Source: Vicugna vicugna
Taxonomy: Eukaryota
Assembly: GCA_013265495.1 (NCBI GenBank)
Contig: MU058636.1
Location: forward strand, 2,901,967 to 2,965,966
DNA: 64,000 nucleotides
Direction: 5' to 3'
Shown one piece after another: positions 11,690 to 25,280 of this stretch; position 1 is the stretch's first letter, and every line of letters begins with the position of its first letter. Position numbers and translations under genes: made by a program. The notes beneath the pieces are model-generated. The model saw nothing but the letters and a program-made list of their open reading frames with translations. It searched no databases and was not told the origin of the DNA.

Positions 11690-14600
11690 GCAAGGAAATA
11701 AAGCTGAGCCTTCTAAAATTAGTAAATCTAGTAGAAGTCACTTCCTCCTGCGTTCAAGTGGGACCCAGGAGCAATATTCAGTGTTGGAGTGAAAGAGAAA
11801 TAAAAACTAACACATAGAAGGAAACAATGCCAAAAGCTGCCTGTCATGAACTTGCTGTTCAGTGGCGGGACAAAAGCTGCTCTTGAGAATTTATAATCTT
11901 AGTCTGGCTCCTCCATAAATTTTGGTACAAATTCATACGTCTGGTAGGTACAACCTCAAACCAGAACTAAATTTAAAGTAGTCCCAGATTAGCAGTGCCT
12001 TCTAGGTACTGGCAAAAACAAACACACATCCTTCCTGGATGAACTCAACTTCAACTGAAATCTCAAAGAAATCCCACAGGTACATGTCTAAGGAAAATGA
12101 GCAACTCATAATAATAAAAATAATAATAAACAACAAAACACAAGGAAAAGGCACCACTGGTGAAATAAGTAATAAAAAAGACAGTAGAAATAGATATGCA
12201 AAAACTTCAGGTGGAAAAGTTCCACATCCAGGATAACAAATTACCACAGTTACCAGTATTAAGTAAAATGAAATAAAAGTTTGGGAGTAAAAAAAGGAAT
12301 GGAACTCTAAAAATTAAAAATATAATTACAGAAACTAAAAACTCAATTGATAGCACCCATTAGGATGGCTATTACTTAAAAAAAACTGCAAATATTCTTC
12401 AAGAATAAAAGTGAAATAAAAACTAAACATACAAATAGAAAGTGAGATAACTCCTCATTAGAAAACCTGAGCAAAAGGAAATGCTAAAAGGAATTCTTCA
12501 GGCAAAAGGAAAATTATTCCAGATAGAAAGACAGAATGCAGGAAGGAATGAAGAACAATGAAAAAAGTGAGTCTTTGTATAGATCAGAGTAAATATTGAT
12601 TGAATAAAAATAATGTTTAGTGATTTTCAAATATATACAATTGAAATATACAAAGCAATGGTATAGACATCAGGGTGCAGGATAAATGAAGTTAAAATAT
12701 TCTAAAATCTTTTTTGGAAGAAGGCAAAAAAAAGTATTAAATAATCAGATGGCATATTTGTATCTAAATATATCAGTAATTGTAATAAGTATAAAAGATT
12801 AAATTCTCCAACTAAAAGACAAGGTTATCAAAACTGCATTAAAATTAAAGCAACCCTTGTTTTTGCTTGTATGATAGAGATGTAGAAAAATTAAGACTGA
12901 AAGTAAAAGGATGAAAAAAATACGATGTAAACACCTATCAAAAGACTACTATAGTAGTAGCTACATTACTATCAAAACAGACTTTGATGCAAAAGCATTA
13001 CAATGGGTATAGAGAGAAATTGGTCATGATACATGGTCTAATGCACCAAGCAGGTATAGTAATTCTAAATTGGTATGTACCTAATAACACAGCTTCAAAA
13101 TATGTAAGGCAAAAATTAACAGATCCTAAGAGCGTTGTTCACAACTATAGTGGGACACTTTGCATACCTCTCCCTGATGTGTAAGTGTAGACCAAGCAAA
13201 CAAAAATTTAGTTAGGATACAGAAAATCTGAACAATATAATTAGCTAAGCTGATCTGCTTTTCTAATATAAAACACTGATTCTTATCAACAGCAGACTAT
13301 CCATTATTTTCAAATGCAACGAGTAACATTTATAAAAATTGCTACAAACAAAATGATACAGCAAATCTCAAGAGATGTCAAAGAACTAAAATCACAGAAA
13401 ATTTTCTTCTGTTAAATCTCATTAAAACAGATATAAATAATAAAATGGTGATTAGAAAATCTCTATGTATTTGGGAATTAAGAAATAAACCTCTAAATAA
13501 CCCATCCATTAAAGAAGACAAAATAACGGGAATTTTAAAAATATTTTAAACTAAAAAATAATGAAAATATTACATATCAATACTTGTAGGATGCAATTAA
13601 AAATGTACTTACAGGGAAATTTGTAAGCTGACAGGCATATATTAAGAAAGAAGAAAGATGGGAATTCAATTATTTAAATAACTATCATGAGAAAAAAGAA
13701 AAAGAACAATAAATTAAGCCCAAGAAACTAGGAAAAATAAATACAAGCTCAGGACTTAATTAAGAACACAAAATAAAATAGAGAGGAATAACAAAATCAA
13801 AAGTTACTTCTTTGAAAAAATTAATAAATTGATAAACTCATGGCAACACTGATTAAGGAAAAAAAAGAGGAAAGATACAAATAACCAAGGAAGGAATAAA
13901 AAAGTGGAAATACCATACACATTAGAACGGCATGAGAAGATATTATGAACAATTTTATAACAATGTTTTCAAAATTTAGTGGAAATGTTCAATTTGTTAA
14001 ATAAAGTACAAAATACCAATATTCAAGAATAGAAAGTCTGAACATCATACAAATATTAAAGAATTTGATCTATAATCAAAAACAGTTGCATTTCCATGTA
14101 CTAAAAAAATGAGATTTTTTTAAATTATACCATTTATAACTTTTAAAAGTATGTAAAATACCTAGTAATAATTCTAATGAAATGCGTGCAGGAAACTATA
14201 AGAGCACTACAGAGATGAAGAAGGTGAAGGGGACGATTAGGACACCATTTCCCATGGGTCTCTTGTATTTCTGCACCTACTGGGAAGAGTGACTGACTTC
14301 TCAAGATGTTTTTATGAGACAGGTCTTCTCACATCCCATTGTAGAAGATTTGGGTCTCCTACACTCAAGCGTTCCTGTCCTGTGACACAACCCACCAAGT
14401 GTTCTAAGTGTCACCTGGCTTTATGGGCATCACTCTGTGGGAACTGGGACTCAGAACCAGCAGGTGATACACTCACGCTGTTACGCTTTCCTGTGAGTTG
14501 TAAAGTCCTTTGTCTCTGACCCAGGGGTTTTGCGCTTTCCACCAGCATCCCTAAAACTGACCGGCTAACTTGTTACCTTTCAAGCAAGATAAAATCTCAG

Positions 14601-15400
14601 ACCCTTTGTAGTTCTTGACGGTGTAAAGTCATGAGTTCTCCCCAAAGTGACCTGTAGAGCTTTGTGGTTTCAGTTAAAAATAGCAACAGGACTTTATGTA
14701 ATTTGACAAGCTGATTCTATAATAAATATGGAAATGCTAAAGATCAAGAATCACCCAGACTTCTTCTAAGAAGAAAAATGCAAAGGTACATGATCTACTA
14801 GATATCGACTGGTTAAAAAGATAACATAACCAGAACAATGTGACATTGGCACAAGCATACACAAAACAAAACGAAACAATGGAAAAGAACAGAATGTCCA
14901 GCCACAGTCCTAGGTATATATGGACACTTGGTAACAACAAAAAATGATATTGCAGTGGAGCAGGAAAGCATGGTCTCCTTCATAAACGGTGCTGTGACAA
15001 GGAGCATCCGTATGAAAACAACATGGGAGGTAAACACACCAAGAGAAATGAAAGCATATGTTCACACATAAATTTGCACACAAACATTCAGAGCAGCAGC
15101 ATTCAAACAGTCAAAACATGAATCCACATACCCTTCAACTTATGAAAGAATAAACGAAAGGTAAAATACCCACACAGTGGAATATTATTCAGCCATAAAA
15201 ATGCATGAAGTACTGATACATGCTACAACGTACATGAACCATGAGAACATTACACTGAGTAAAAGAAGCCAGACACAAAAGGCCACAATATATTGCATGA
15301 TTTTATTTACATGAAACGTGCAGAATAGTCAGATTTGCAGAGACAGCAAGTAATTTAGTGGTCACCAGGGGCTGGGAGGGGGGAGGGAGGAGAGTAGTTC
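11690..15400 (+). mobile_element. Fragmented old L1M element(s) (5' region, ORF1/ORF2 remnants, 3' UTR), interrupted by an LTR
   Basis: A-rich sense strand with ORF2 hallmarks (cctaataacacagcttcaaaatatgtaaggcaaaaa; ttctttgaaaaaattaataaattgataaac; tttgacaagctgattcta) and 3' UTR at ~15035-15400. Confidence 0.8.
14225..14620. mobile_element. ERVL-class solo LTR (LTR47-like) nested in L1
   Basis: taaagtcctttgtctctgacccagg...ccagcatcc..aaact...gctaacttgtta...gataaaatctcagaccctt..tagttcttgac. Confidence 0.65.
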
Positions 15401-15660
15401 TTCTTGAGTCAGTTTTGTGTGTTCCTAGGAATTTGTTCATTATCTAGTTTATATCATTTGTCAGCATGCAATTGTTTGTCGTACTCTCTTATTTTCCTTT
15501 TTACTTCTCTGGGGTTAATGTCCCTGCTTTCACTTCTGATTTCAGGAATTTGAATTTTCTCTTTTTGTTTGTTCAGTCTAGCTAGAGGTTTGTCAGTTGT
15601 GTGGATCTTTTCAAAGAACCAACTTTTGGTTCTGTTGCTTTTCCCTATTGTCTCCCCTCT
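15400..15660 (-). mobile_element. Antisense L1 ORF2 fragment
   Basis: Minus ORF contains TKSWFFEKIHTTDKPLARL...IREYDKQLHADK, a typical L1 ORF2 linker. Confidence 0.85.
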
Positions 15661-16174
15661 CCCCGTGTGACTACGGAATTGTGGTTCTGTGAGAGAACAG
15701 CCTTGTCCTTTGGAAATAGTTAGGTATTTAGGAGACATGATCAGTTGAAAGTGAAAGATCACAGTGTCTGCACCTTATTCTAAAATGGTTTAACAAAAAA
15801 ATTAATAGTAATAATAACGTGTGTGCACATATATGTGTGTATCTGTGTGTATAAAAAAAGGAGAGAGAGAAAAAAAGCAAATGTGACACTGAAGATCAGT
15901 CATTTCATGAGTGAGGACTCAACACATAGTAATTTAACATCAAAAGTGTTTAGTACAGATAGAAGACTTTCTTTAGATGTAGCAAATAGTACATCTAGGT
16001 AAGGCCTGGGACATACAGGTGACTTTATTTGATAATCACATCTTGGTAAGGCCTGAGATGATCATGTCATATGTTTATAACATTTAATGCTACATTCATA
16101 AGCATTTTTTGCATACCACACAATAATGTGTTCCTTTTTCTATATCTTATAATGATGATTTAGAGACAGAGCTT

Positions 16175-17010
16175 TCTTTTTTTATTTCTTTTTTTAATTG
16201 AGATACAATTGACACATAACTTTGTAATGGTTTCAGGCGTACAACATGATTTGATATATGAATTTATTGTGAAGTGATTACCGCAGTAAGTTTAGTTAAC
16301 ATCATTACCACACAGTTACAAATTTTTTTCTCATGATGAGAACTTTTAAGATTTCCTTTAGCAAGTTTCAAATACACAATCCACTTTTGTTAACCACAGT
16401 CACCATGCTGTGTATTATATCCCTGGGACTTACAGCTGGAAGCTTGTACCTTTTTACCTCCTTCACTCATTTTGCCCTACATCTGGCAACTGCAAACCTA
16501 TCTTCTGTAGCTATGAGTTCAAGTTTTGTTTTTGTTTTTGTTTTTCAGATTCCATATGCAAGTTATATCATACTGTATTTGTCCTTCTCTATCTGACTTG
16601 TCACTTAACATAATGCCCTCAAGGTCCACCCATGTTGTTGTAATGGCAGGATTCCCTCCTTTTTATGGCTGAATAATATTCCATCATATACATACCATAT
16701 TTTCTTTATCCATTCATTTGTTGATGGGCTCTTAGGTTGTTTCCATGTTTTGGCCATTGTAAATAATGCTGCAATGAACTTGGGATGCAGGTAGCTCTTT
16801 GAGGTGGTGCTTTCATTTCCTTTGGATAAATAGTCAGAAGTTAAATTACTGGATCATACAGTAGTTCTATTTTCAATTTCTTGAGGAACCTCCATACTGC
16901 TTTCCATAGTCTTTGCATTAGTTTACATTACCACCAACAGCGCACAAGAGTTTCTTTTCTCTATATTCTTACCAACACTGGTTATTTCTTATCTTTTTGA
17001 TAATAGCTTT
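16175..17010 (-). mobile_element. L1MA-type LINE-1 3' end
   Basis: T-rich tail, ttttaattgagatacaattgaca..., tttttatggctgaataatattccat, gaggaacctccatactg. Confidence 0.85.
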
Positions 17011-19240
17011 TTTGTGTCATTGCTTATTCTTCTTTTGTCTCTTATAGACAGCATATAATTGGATTACTTTTAAAAAAATCCATTCTTCCAATTTCTACTT
17101 TTTAATTGGAGTGTTTAGTCCATTTGCATTTAACATAATTTCTTGTACAGTAGGGTTTTTGTATGTCATTTTAAAATTGCTTTTCCTTATGTCATGTCTT
17201 TTTCCCTTTATTTCTTCATTACTACCTTCTTTTGCGTTAGATAAAATTTCCTAGCACATCATTTTAATGATCTTGTCTGTTGTTTTTTTACTATATATTT
17301 TTGAGTTGTTTTTTTTTTTACTGGCTGCCCCAGTGATTATAATGAAATTTTAATTTAGAACAATTTAGTTTAGATTAACAGGAATTTAATTTAGATAATC
17401 TACAAAACCTTTGCTTCTTTAGACTCCATTCCCTCTCTCTTCTTTGTACTTTTGTTGTCATACAAATTACGTCTTTATACAGTATAAGCCCAATGAGATA
17501 GTTTTATCATTATTGATTTGTGCAATTCTTTAAATCCAAAAGGGGAAAAAAGCTACAAATGAAAACACATTTTTACTGTCTTTGTATTATTCATGTAGTG
17601 ACCTTCTCTGGTGTTCATTCATTACCTTCTTCAATTTTGAAGGACAGATTTCCCAGATATAGAATTCTTAGTTGACAGTGTTTTTCTTTTAGCACTTTGA
17701 ATATGTAACCCCACTGCCTGCTGGCTACCATGGTTTCTGATGAGATGTTAGCTGTTAATCTCACTGAGATCCCTTGTACGGGATGAATTTGTTTTTCTCT
17801 CCAGCTTTCATGAGTCTCTGCTTTTCTTCGGTTTTTAGCTGTTTGATTGTGATATATTTAGGTGTGGGTCTCTGAAATTATCCTAATTGGAGTCCACTGA
17901 GCTTCCTGGTGTGCAGATTAATGTGTTTCATCACCTCAGGAAGTTTTTGGCCATTGTTTCTTCGAATATTCCTTTTTTCCCATTCTCTCTTTTCTTTCTT
18001 GGACTCCATTGTATGTATGCTGGATGGTGCCCCACAGGTTTCTGAGGCTCTGTTTATCATTCTCTATTCTTTTTCTTTTTGTTCCTCAGAATTAGTCTAT
18101 TGTTTCCTCTGCTTGTTCAAATAGACTGTTGGGCCCCCTCTAGTAAAGTTTTCATTACAGTTTTTATACTTTTCAATTCCAGAATTTCTACTTAAAAAAT
18201 AATTTGTCTCTTTACTGATATATTCTGTTTTGTGACACATCACTCTCATACTGTAATTCTTTCAACATGGTTTCCTATATGATTGATGAATTTAAGTCTT
18301 TGTCTTAGTAAATCTAACACATGCCCTTTCTCAGGTACAATTTCTTATGGAGTGCTTTTTCTCCTGTGAAAAAATACTCTTTTGTGGCATTTTTTTTTTG
18401 CAAGTCTTGTAATTTTTTGTTGAAAACTGTACATTTTAGATAATATAATGTGACAACTCTAGAGATAAGATTTCCTCCTTCCCAAGGTTTTCTGTTGTTG
18501 TTGCTATTTTCTGTTTGTTTATTCAATGACTTTCCTGGATAGATTTTGCAGCATCTGTATTCCTTGTCATGTATGGCCATGGAACTCTCTGCTACTTAGC
18601 TTAGTGTTCATCTAATGATTGCACGAAGATTTCCTTATAAGTCTTGAACCAGTAAGTCTCTCATCTTTTCTCTAGGGCTTCTGTGTGTATGTTGGGCCAT
18701 GCTTGCCAAGCTCCCCCAGGTAGTTTACAACTCTGCATCAACCTTCACTTCTTGCTTGTGCAGACACTCAAGGTCAGCCAGAGCTGAGAGTTTAGGGTCT
18801 TCCCAGTTGTGTCTTAGACATAGACACAGCTCTCTATGTGTTTGTGGTCTAGATTCCAGGAATATGTAGAAACTTTTGAAAGCACCCTATGGATATCATA
18901 TTTCCAGTTTTCCCTTTCAAGTTTTTTTTTTCATAGCTTTTTGATAGCTCCAACTTGTAATGCTTCCTTAAGTAACTGCAATGTTAAACAATTATTGCTT
19001 ATTGTTTTGACAAATACCCTGTTGGTAGGGCTGTCCTTATAGAGATGCTACTTTAAGTCACATCAAAGAAAGAAAAGCCCTGAAAATGGAACTCTTCAGC
19101 AGGCTATCAGACAGGTCCAATAGTGACAGCTCCTTGAAGATGGCCCTTGTAGGAGCTCTGCACTCATTCTGCCCCCTCTAGTGGCTGCTAGGCTGCCAGT
19201 TCTCAGAGCTGTTGTGTTTGGTTTTCAAGGATACTGAAAG
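17010..19240 (-). mobile_element. Old L1M 5' region/ORF1 remnants (antisense)
   Basis: gatatagaattcttagttgacag, cccactgcctgctggc...gtttctgatgaga, gaagtttttggccatt; ORF1-like minus peptide at 17878-18060. Confidence 0.75.
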
Positions 19241-19279
19241 GGAGAGCATCACCTCGGCTTTGGCGGTGTCTCCTGATTG

Positions 19280-20130
19280 ATGAATGTTACTAAACTGAAA
19301 TTAAGGACTCCTGTCTATCAAAGACACGACTAAGAGAATGAAAATGGAGACCAAAGAGTAGAAAGTGGTATTTCTAATACAAATTACTGACAAAGAATTG
19401 TCACAAATCTGTAAGATTAAAGAGCAGGTTAGACAGAGCTGAATTAAAAAAAAGTAGTGAACTGAAGGAAATATTTGGAACACCATCCAAAAAGACAGTG
19501 ATGCAAAATATAGAACTATACCAAACAATAAGGAAGTAAGAATAATAAGTTCCAGCATATATAAAGAGAAAATTTTCAAAGACATATGACCAGAATATTT
19601 TTGGAAACATTGCTAAAATTTAAATTCTCAAATATCAGAATCCAAATGAACTTCTAATAGGAGAAAAAGTCCTCAACTAGATACAACATAGAGAAACTAC
19701 AGGACATAAAGGACAAAAAGCATCCAAGGGGAAAAATACCAGAAACCTACAAAGAAATGGCAATGAGAATAAAATCTTATTTTTCAGTGACTGGTACCAG
19801 AGTCAGTGAATTATTTTCGGTGTGCTAGGAGACACCAAAGAGTTACCCAGAGTTCTCTACCCACTGAAACCATCTTTAATAACACAAGTTAAATAAAAAC
19901 ATTTTCTGACTTAAAAACTAAGAGTGTTTTTCTCTAAAAGACACTCATTAAAGGAAATGTTAAAAGACATGGAAAAAATACTCAAATGGAATGTCTGAGG
20001 GACGAGAAGAAATTGTGAGCCAAGATACTGGTAAATATACATAAACATAGATGGTATAAAATCGTAAAAGCAGTGTCTAATATGGGGGCAAGGGGAAATA
20101 GCTTAGAACTAAAGTGCTGAGCAACAGCTG
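19280..20130 (+). mobile_element. Old L1/HAL1-like fragment
   Basis: A-rich, degenerate ORF1-like motifs (acccagagttctctacccactgaaaccatc). Confidence 0.5.
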
Positions 20131-20149
20131 GATGGGTGGCCAGCTTTGA

Positions 20150-20430
20150 GTGGTGCGTAGTGGTTCAGAGAACAGCTGCTAAGTCCAGATTGCCTCGGTT
20201 TGACTCCTGACTCTGGCACTAGTTACCTGACACTTATTAACTTGCTTTAGGCCAGTTAATTAACGTCTCTGTATGTCTATTTACTTGTCTTAATATGAGG
20301 ATAGTAATAATGTCACTCATAGTAATAATATCGTCATAGGGTTATTGGATGCTTAAATTAGTTAACCTGTGTAAACACTTAGAACAGTGATTGGTACACA
20401 GCACATGCTTTGTAAGTATGAACTATGGTT
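20150..20430 (+). mobile_element. MIR SINE
   Basis: gtagtggttcagag...cagattgcctcggtttgactcctgactctggcact...taaacacttagaacagtg. Confidence 0.8.
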
Positions 20431-20656
20431 CTCAATAAAGCATTCTAAGGTGTTGCCAGGTAAAGTACAGACTCATGGTGAGGGACTTTATCAGATTTCT
20501 TTTGACAGCAGTGATTGAGAAAATAAAAATAATTATCAGCAAGCTTATTTTAATTGATTGATAAACTTTGTACCCCACTAACCTAAACTACAGAGACTTT
20601 TCAACAATCTGTTTGTTAATCTACAAGATAATTCCCAGAAGTAAAAATCAAACAGG

Positions 20657-20860
20657 CTGTGGCAGGCTCTGCTAGCTGTCTTCCCAATGTTTATCTCACC
20701 TTTTTCACACACAGAACACTGGCTTCCTGGAGAGTGTGAATGTGCCCAGCTAAGACACCCACTCTCCCAGATGTCCTGACAGTCACGTGGCCATCAAACC
20801 TAGGCCAGACCATTGAGATTGAAGTGGAGGTCATTGGGCTGGACTTCTGAAAACTCTATG
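20657..20860 (+). mobile_element. MaLR LTR fragment (MLT1J-like)
   Basis: aatgtgcccagctaagac...ctcccagatgtcc..acagtcacgtggcc. Confidence 0.55.
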
Positions 20861-21169
20861 TCATGTTTTATGCCTCTAAAGCTAATATGCCTTGAGCCAA
20901 CGATCCCGTCCTTTGGCTCTGGGTGCTGACACCTCTGCCTTAGCTCTCACTTCTTGTTTGCATGGAATCCGAGGCTCAGCTGGAGGTGAAAATTGACAGT
21001 TCTTCTCAGGTTTTCCTGCACACGGGCACAGCCTTAGGTGCAAACACAGCCCTACACATGCATGCAGCCTTTTAGATCCCCAGGAATACATGGGAGATTT
21101 AAATGTCCCTTATGAACTTTATTCCAAATAATCTATCTACTCAAGGAGAATTCACTAAAAATTTCTAGG

Positions 21170-22460
21170 ACTTTAAAAATGGACTTTGACAAATTGTTTC
21201 CTAAAACTGGCCATGAAGAACAACAAAGTGAAATTTTCTATGTCAGATATCCGTGATTACAATAGGACGATATTATTTCAGAAATATATAGCATAATGGG
21301 AAAAAAAAGTCCAGAAATAGACACAGCACGCGTGCACACACGCACACACACGCACACACACACATTGCATATGATGTAGGTTACATTCTAAATGAATAGG
21401 GAAAGGATGAATTATTCCATAAATAGGTTGAAATGATTGGCAGTTCATTTAGGAGAAAAATAGATTTTTATGTCGTTCCTTAATTCCAAACAGTTTAAAA
21501 CTGTATACAAAGAAAACCATTAATGTGTTGATAATCTTAGCCTGGGGAAGGAGGTTTTTCAGGACAAAAGGAAAACAAGAAAACAAAGGCAAATCTTGAC
21601 AGATGTGACTATAGAAGAGTGAAATACATCCTCACAGGGATGGTCACCACGGATAAAGTTAAAGGCAAACAACAGGCTGATTAACAGTTCTTATAAAATA
21701 TGTGACAGAGAAAGAAAATTAAAATTAAATAATGGGAACCTATTTTAACCAATTAAATTGACAAAATTTATTTTAAAAGCATTTAGGAGGTTGATAGTAT
21801 AGCACGTTAATGTGGCTGTGAAGATACAGTCACAGTCACCTTCACTGTTAACAAGAGTACAAATTGGTAGAGCTGCTTCGGGAGGCAGCTTGGCAGGATC
21901 TAAGAAAATTTTAAATGTACATGACCCTAATACTGGACAGTCACTTCTAGAAATGTGTGCTGCCTGTCTGTGATGTGAGGAGCTAGGACCCTGAATGCCC
22001 ATCCGTCCTGTGTGTGTGTGTGTGTGTAGAAAGAGGGAAGGGGTCACGGAGAGAAAGGAGACTGCAATAAAGATTCAAGTTGCTGTACATTTATTTTGGA
22101 TGATGGACTTCTCATCCGTGGCTAAATACACCACAAGAGGACTTTCATGTTTCCTAACATGTGGTTCCATGGTGTTTACATTTTGCAAGTGATTTTTAAA
22201 ATAACAGAAAAGAACAAAGCAAGCTATAGAACTGTGTATGATGTTCCCATTAGGGTTAAAGAACGCTACAGAAATAGATGTATGTCTGTTGACATGCTAT
22301 AAATACCTGATAAAAATACTGTTAACAGGGGCTGCCTCCTGGGAGTGATGGGGGTGCAGCGGGAGTTGGGATGGGGGGCTTTTAACGTTCTGTTTGATGT
22401 TTTTACAAGTTTGTATTATGCTTTTGAAATTTAAAAAATGAATACATAAATAAAACATAT
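21170..22460 (+). mobile_element. L1ME-like ORF2/3' UTR fragments
   Basis: ccagaaatagac...gggaaaggatgaattattc; tacaaattggta...ggcagcttggca; gttaacaggggctgcctcctggg. Confidence 0.65.
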
Positions 22461-24879
22461 GCCATAATAAAGGGGGAGGGAAAGAAAGCCAGTCGCTTTC
22501 AAGCTCAGAAGGAAGAAAAAGAGGTGTTTTCAAGATTGGGGGCGAGTGAGGAGACAGGAGGGACTCAGAGGCGAGAGAGGACATGAGTCGGGGGGCGGTG
22601 GCATCTGGGAGAGTGGGGGTGGGGTGCACCCACCGCACAGGGGACACCTCAGCACAGTGAGGAGACAAGCAGGGAAGGGAGAGTAGGAGGAACCGAGATT
22701 TGAGATCAGCCGTCTGTGTGAAGGGAGACAGAAGTTGGGTTCCGGCCGGAAGAGTGCGGCGCTGGTACTGAGTAAATACAGAGGGAGAGGGCGTGTTCCC
22801 ATTTGTACACGTGCGCGCCTCACCCTCACCGGTGACTGTGTTTCTGTGAAAACCAAAATAGTGTTCTTCCGTTGGAAACATGCCCCTGAAACCCTGGCCA
22901 CAGGCCCCTGTGTCTCAGCCCATGTGATTTTCAAAGCAATTGGATCTCTTTACCTCTGTTACTCTGTATTTCTGCAGCGGTACTTGGGATTTAACTCTGG
23001 CTGTAGAAGGGAGTGAATAATATTAGAGAAGAGAAAAGAGATATGTGACAAATTCAAGTGTGATAAGAATACGATTTTAATTTCAGAAAGACGACCTGGG
23101 AAAACGCACAGTTAGCACGCTGTTTGGGTAAAATATCCTTAAAACCCATGCAGAATCTCCGTAGTCTTCCTGGATGTGATGCATACAGAAATCTGTCGCA
23201 TGCATGCTGAGTTAAAACCAGCTAAACAAGGACTAATCTGTGTTTGGAGAGAGAAACGTAACGTACAAGGGACTTGAGAACAGCCACGCTCTTGCTGCAG
23301 GAGACACACACGGTGTCCATTCTGGTGTTTTGCTCCCTACTCTCTTTGAGTAAGAATAAAATACTTATAATTTTTGCTCTTCGGAAAGCCCCCCCCGGTA
23401 GTGGTTTTTCTGGTGTGACTGGCCAGCATATTCTGAGCCACACAAAGAGGAAGTCACCGAGGGCCACGTTGTCCTCTCCCACTGCCTGCTCGGCACAGGT
23501 GAAGCGCTTTTAAAATCATGCAACTCAAGACTGTAAGACTCACTCACCAAGATGTGGCTTTTGGCAAGTGTGTCGGGGATCGTGTCGTTCTCCGGTTTGT
23601 CATCTGACCACAAAAGGGCCTAATTTGATTCTCAAAGCAAACTGGGCAATTTGAGGTTTTAAAATAGAGAAAGCTAAGAAGTAAAACTGCAGTGAGATTT
23701 CATTAAATACCCCGGGACGATAGTGCCACCGAAGCACCAGGTGTTTGCGATGCATCCTGTGGGGACGAGCGAAGATATTCGATGATTTGGTAGTGATGAG
23801 CGCATATTGCCAGAATTTTTAGGGTCACAGCAGACCATTCTTTTAAAAGGTGAGTTTTCAGGAAGAATTTGGCGTCTAATGGATGGCATGGATCTGAGAA
23901 CTATTCCTCGAAGGGTCATGGCTATTCACTCCGAGACTCTGATATGCCCCCGGTCTCTTGAGGCTTCACAAATTTCTAATGTCCAGTCCAGCGTCCAAAT
24001 GCCGAACTTTCACGATGAACTTGATCTTGTCTGCGAACCGAGGGGAGCAAATTAACACAATAGAATTGCATGCAGCAGCATTGCAATGATTAAAACAAGT
24101 GGTACCGGTGCAGATTCAGATAAAGAAGCCCTCCCTGGGACTGCTGGCAGGTGTGTGAATTGCTCTGACTTGTCCTGGAAAGCAGCCTGGCAATGCCTGT
24201 GGCTGGAGCAACTCGTACGTCCCTAGTAATGGAGGCGCCAGGCCCTGGGGGCCGGCAGGAAGCAGCTTCCTCTCCCCGCCTTGGCGCTTCACATCTCGTT
24301 GGTGGTTTCTTGTCCCCAGCTGAAGCCTCTGGCAGCTTCCATAATCTTTTCTGCAACTTTCAGATTTAAAAAAAAGTCTCCAGTCACTTTTATTCACTTC
24401 ATTTAAAATGTCCAGGCTCATGTAAAAGGCAGAACTCTGGATTTTACGTCGATCTTTCCCCTGGGCCTGGCGTCGTTGGGCAGTGGAGGGATAGGTGTCT
24501 CCGAGCTGCCACCTGGCCCAGGTTTCCAATGCTGCCAGGCTTGGTGGCCGGGAAGAACAGGTAAGGGTTCAAGGTCAGGAAAGGCGTCACTGTCTCCTCC
24601 TGGTAATGAGCGTGCAGATGCACTTTGCATTTGCTATGTCTCCAGGGCCGATTTTTTTTCTTCCCACTGAGCTCACTGCAGAGAAAGCTTTCCTTGGCCC
24701 TGCTTCTCCTTTCTCCACTCCCAACTCACATGGATGTTGGCCTAAGAGCATCAAAACTAGCTTTTGATCCCTGCCTTTGCAGTGTTCTCTAAGACCCCTG
24801 TGGAATGTGAAAAGGGACCATCTCTCTTTCTCACGCCCTGGGGACGTCTGGCCAAGACTGAGTCCTGTGTTACATCTTG

Positions 24880-25280
24880 TTAGTTACCTTCCCTTGGAGC
24901 CAGCAATCCCACTCTTTGGGAATCTGTTCTGTAGAAATAAAAGTACTGGTATTCAAAAACATTTATAGCAGCAATGTTTGTAGTGAAAGAAGGAAGGAAG
25001 GAAGGTAGGAAGGAAGAAAAGAAGGAAGGGTGGGGGGAATAAAGTCTAATTCCATTTATAAGGGAATCGGGGAATGCTTGATTAAATCATGGGTGGTCTT
25101 ATGATGGCGTATTATGCACTCGTTAAAAATAATGAGTTAGACTATATCTTGTTTTTAATTCTAATTATTTCACAACAAGAATATACTTATATATTCTTCA
25201 TGTAATTAAGGGTAAAGGAAAAAATTAGTCTAGATAAAGGTAGTTCAAAAGACACCAAGCACAAGTTAATAGTGGTTTTG
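24880..25280 (+). mobile_element. L1ME-like 3' fragment with (GGAA)n stretch
   Basis: ccagcaatcccactctttgggaatct...tttatagcagcaatgtttgta. Confidence 0.6.

Noticed and set aside
19168..19186. CTCF-like GCCCCCTCTAGTGG
   Set aside because: Mismatch at a key core C and located in an L1 5' remnant
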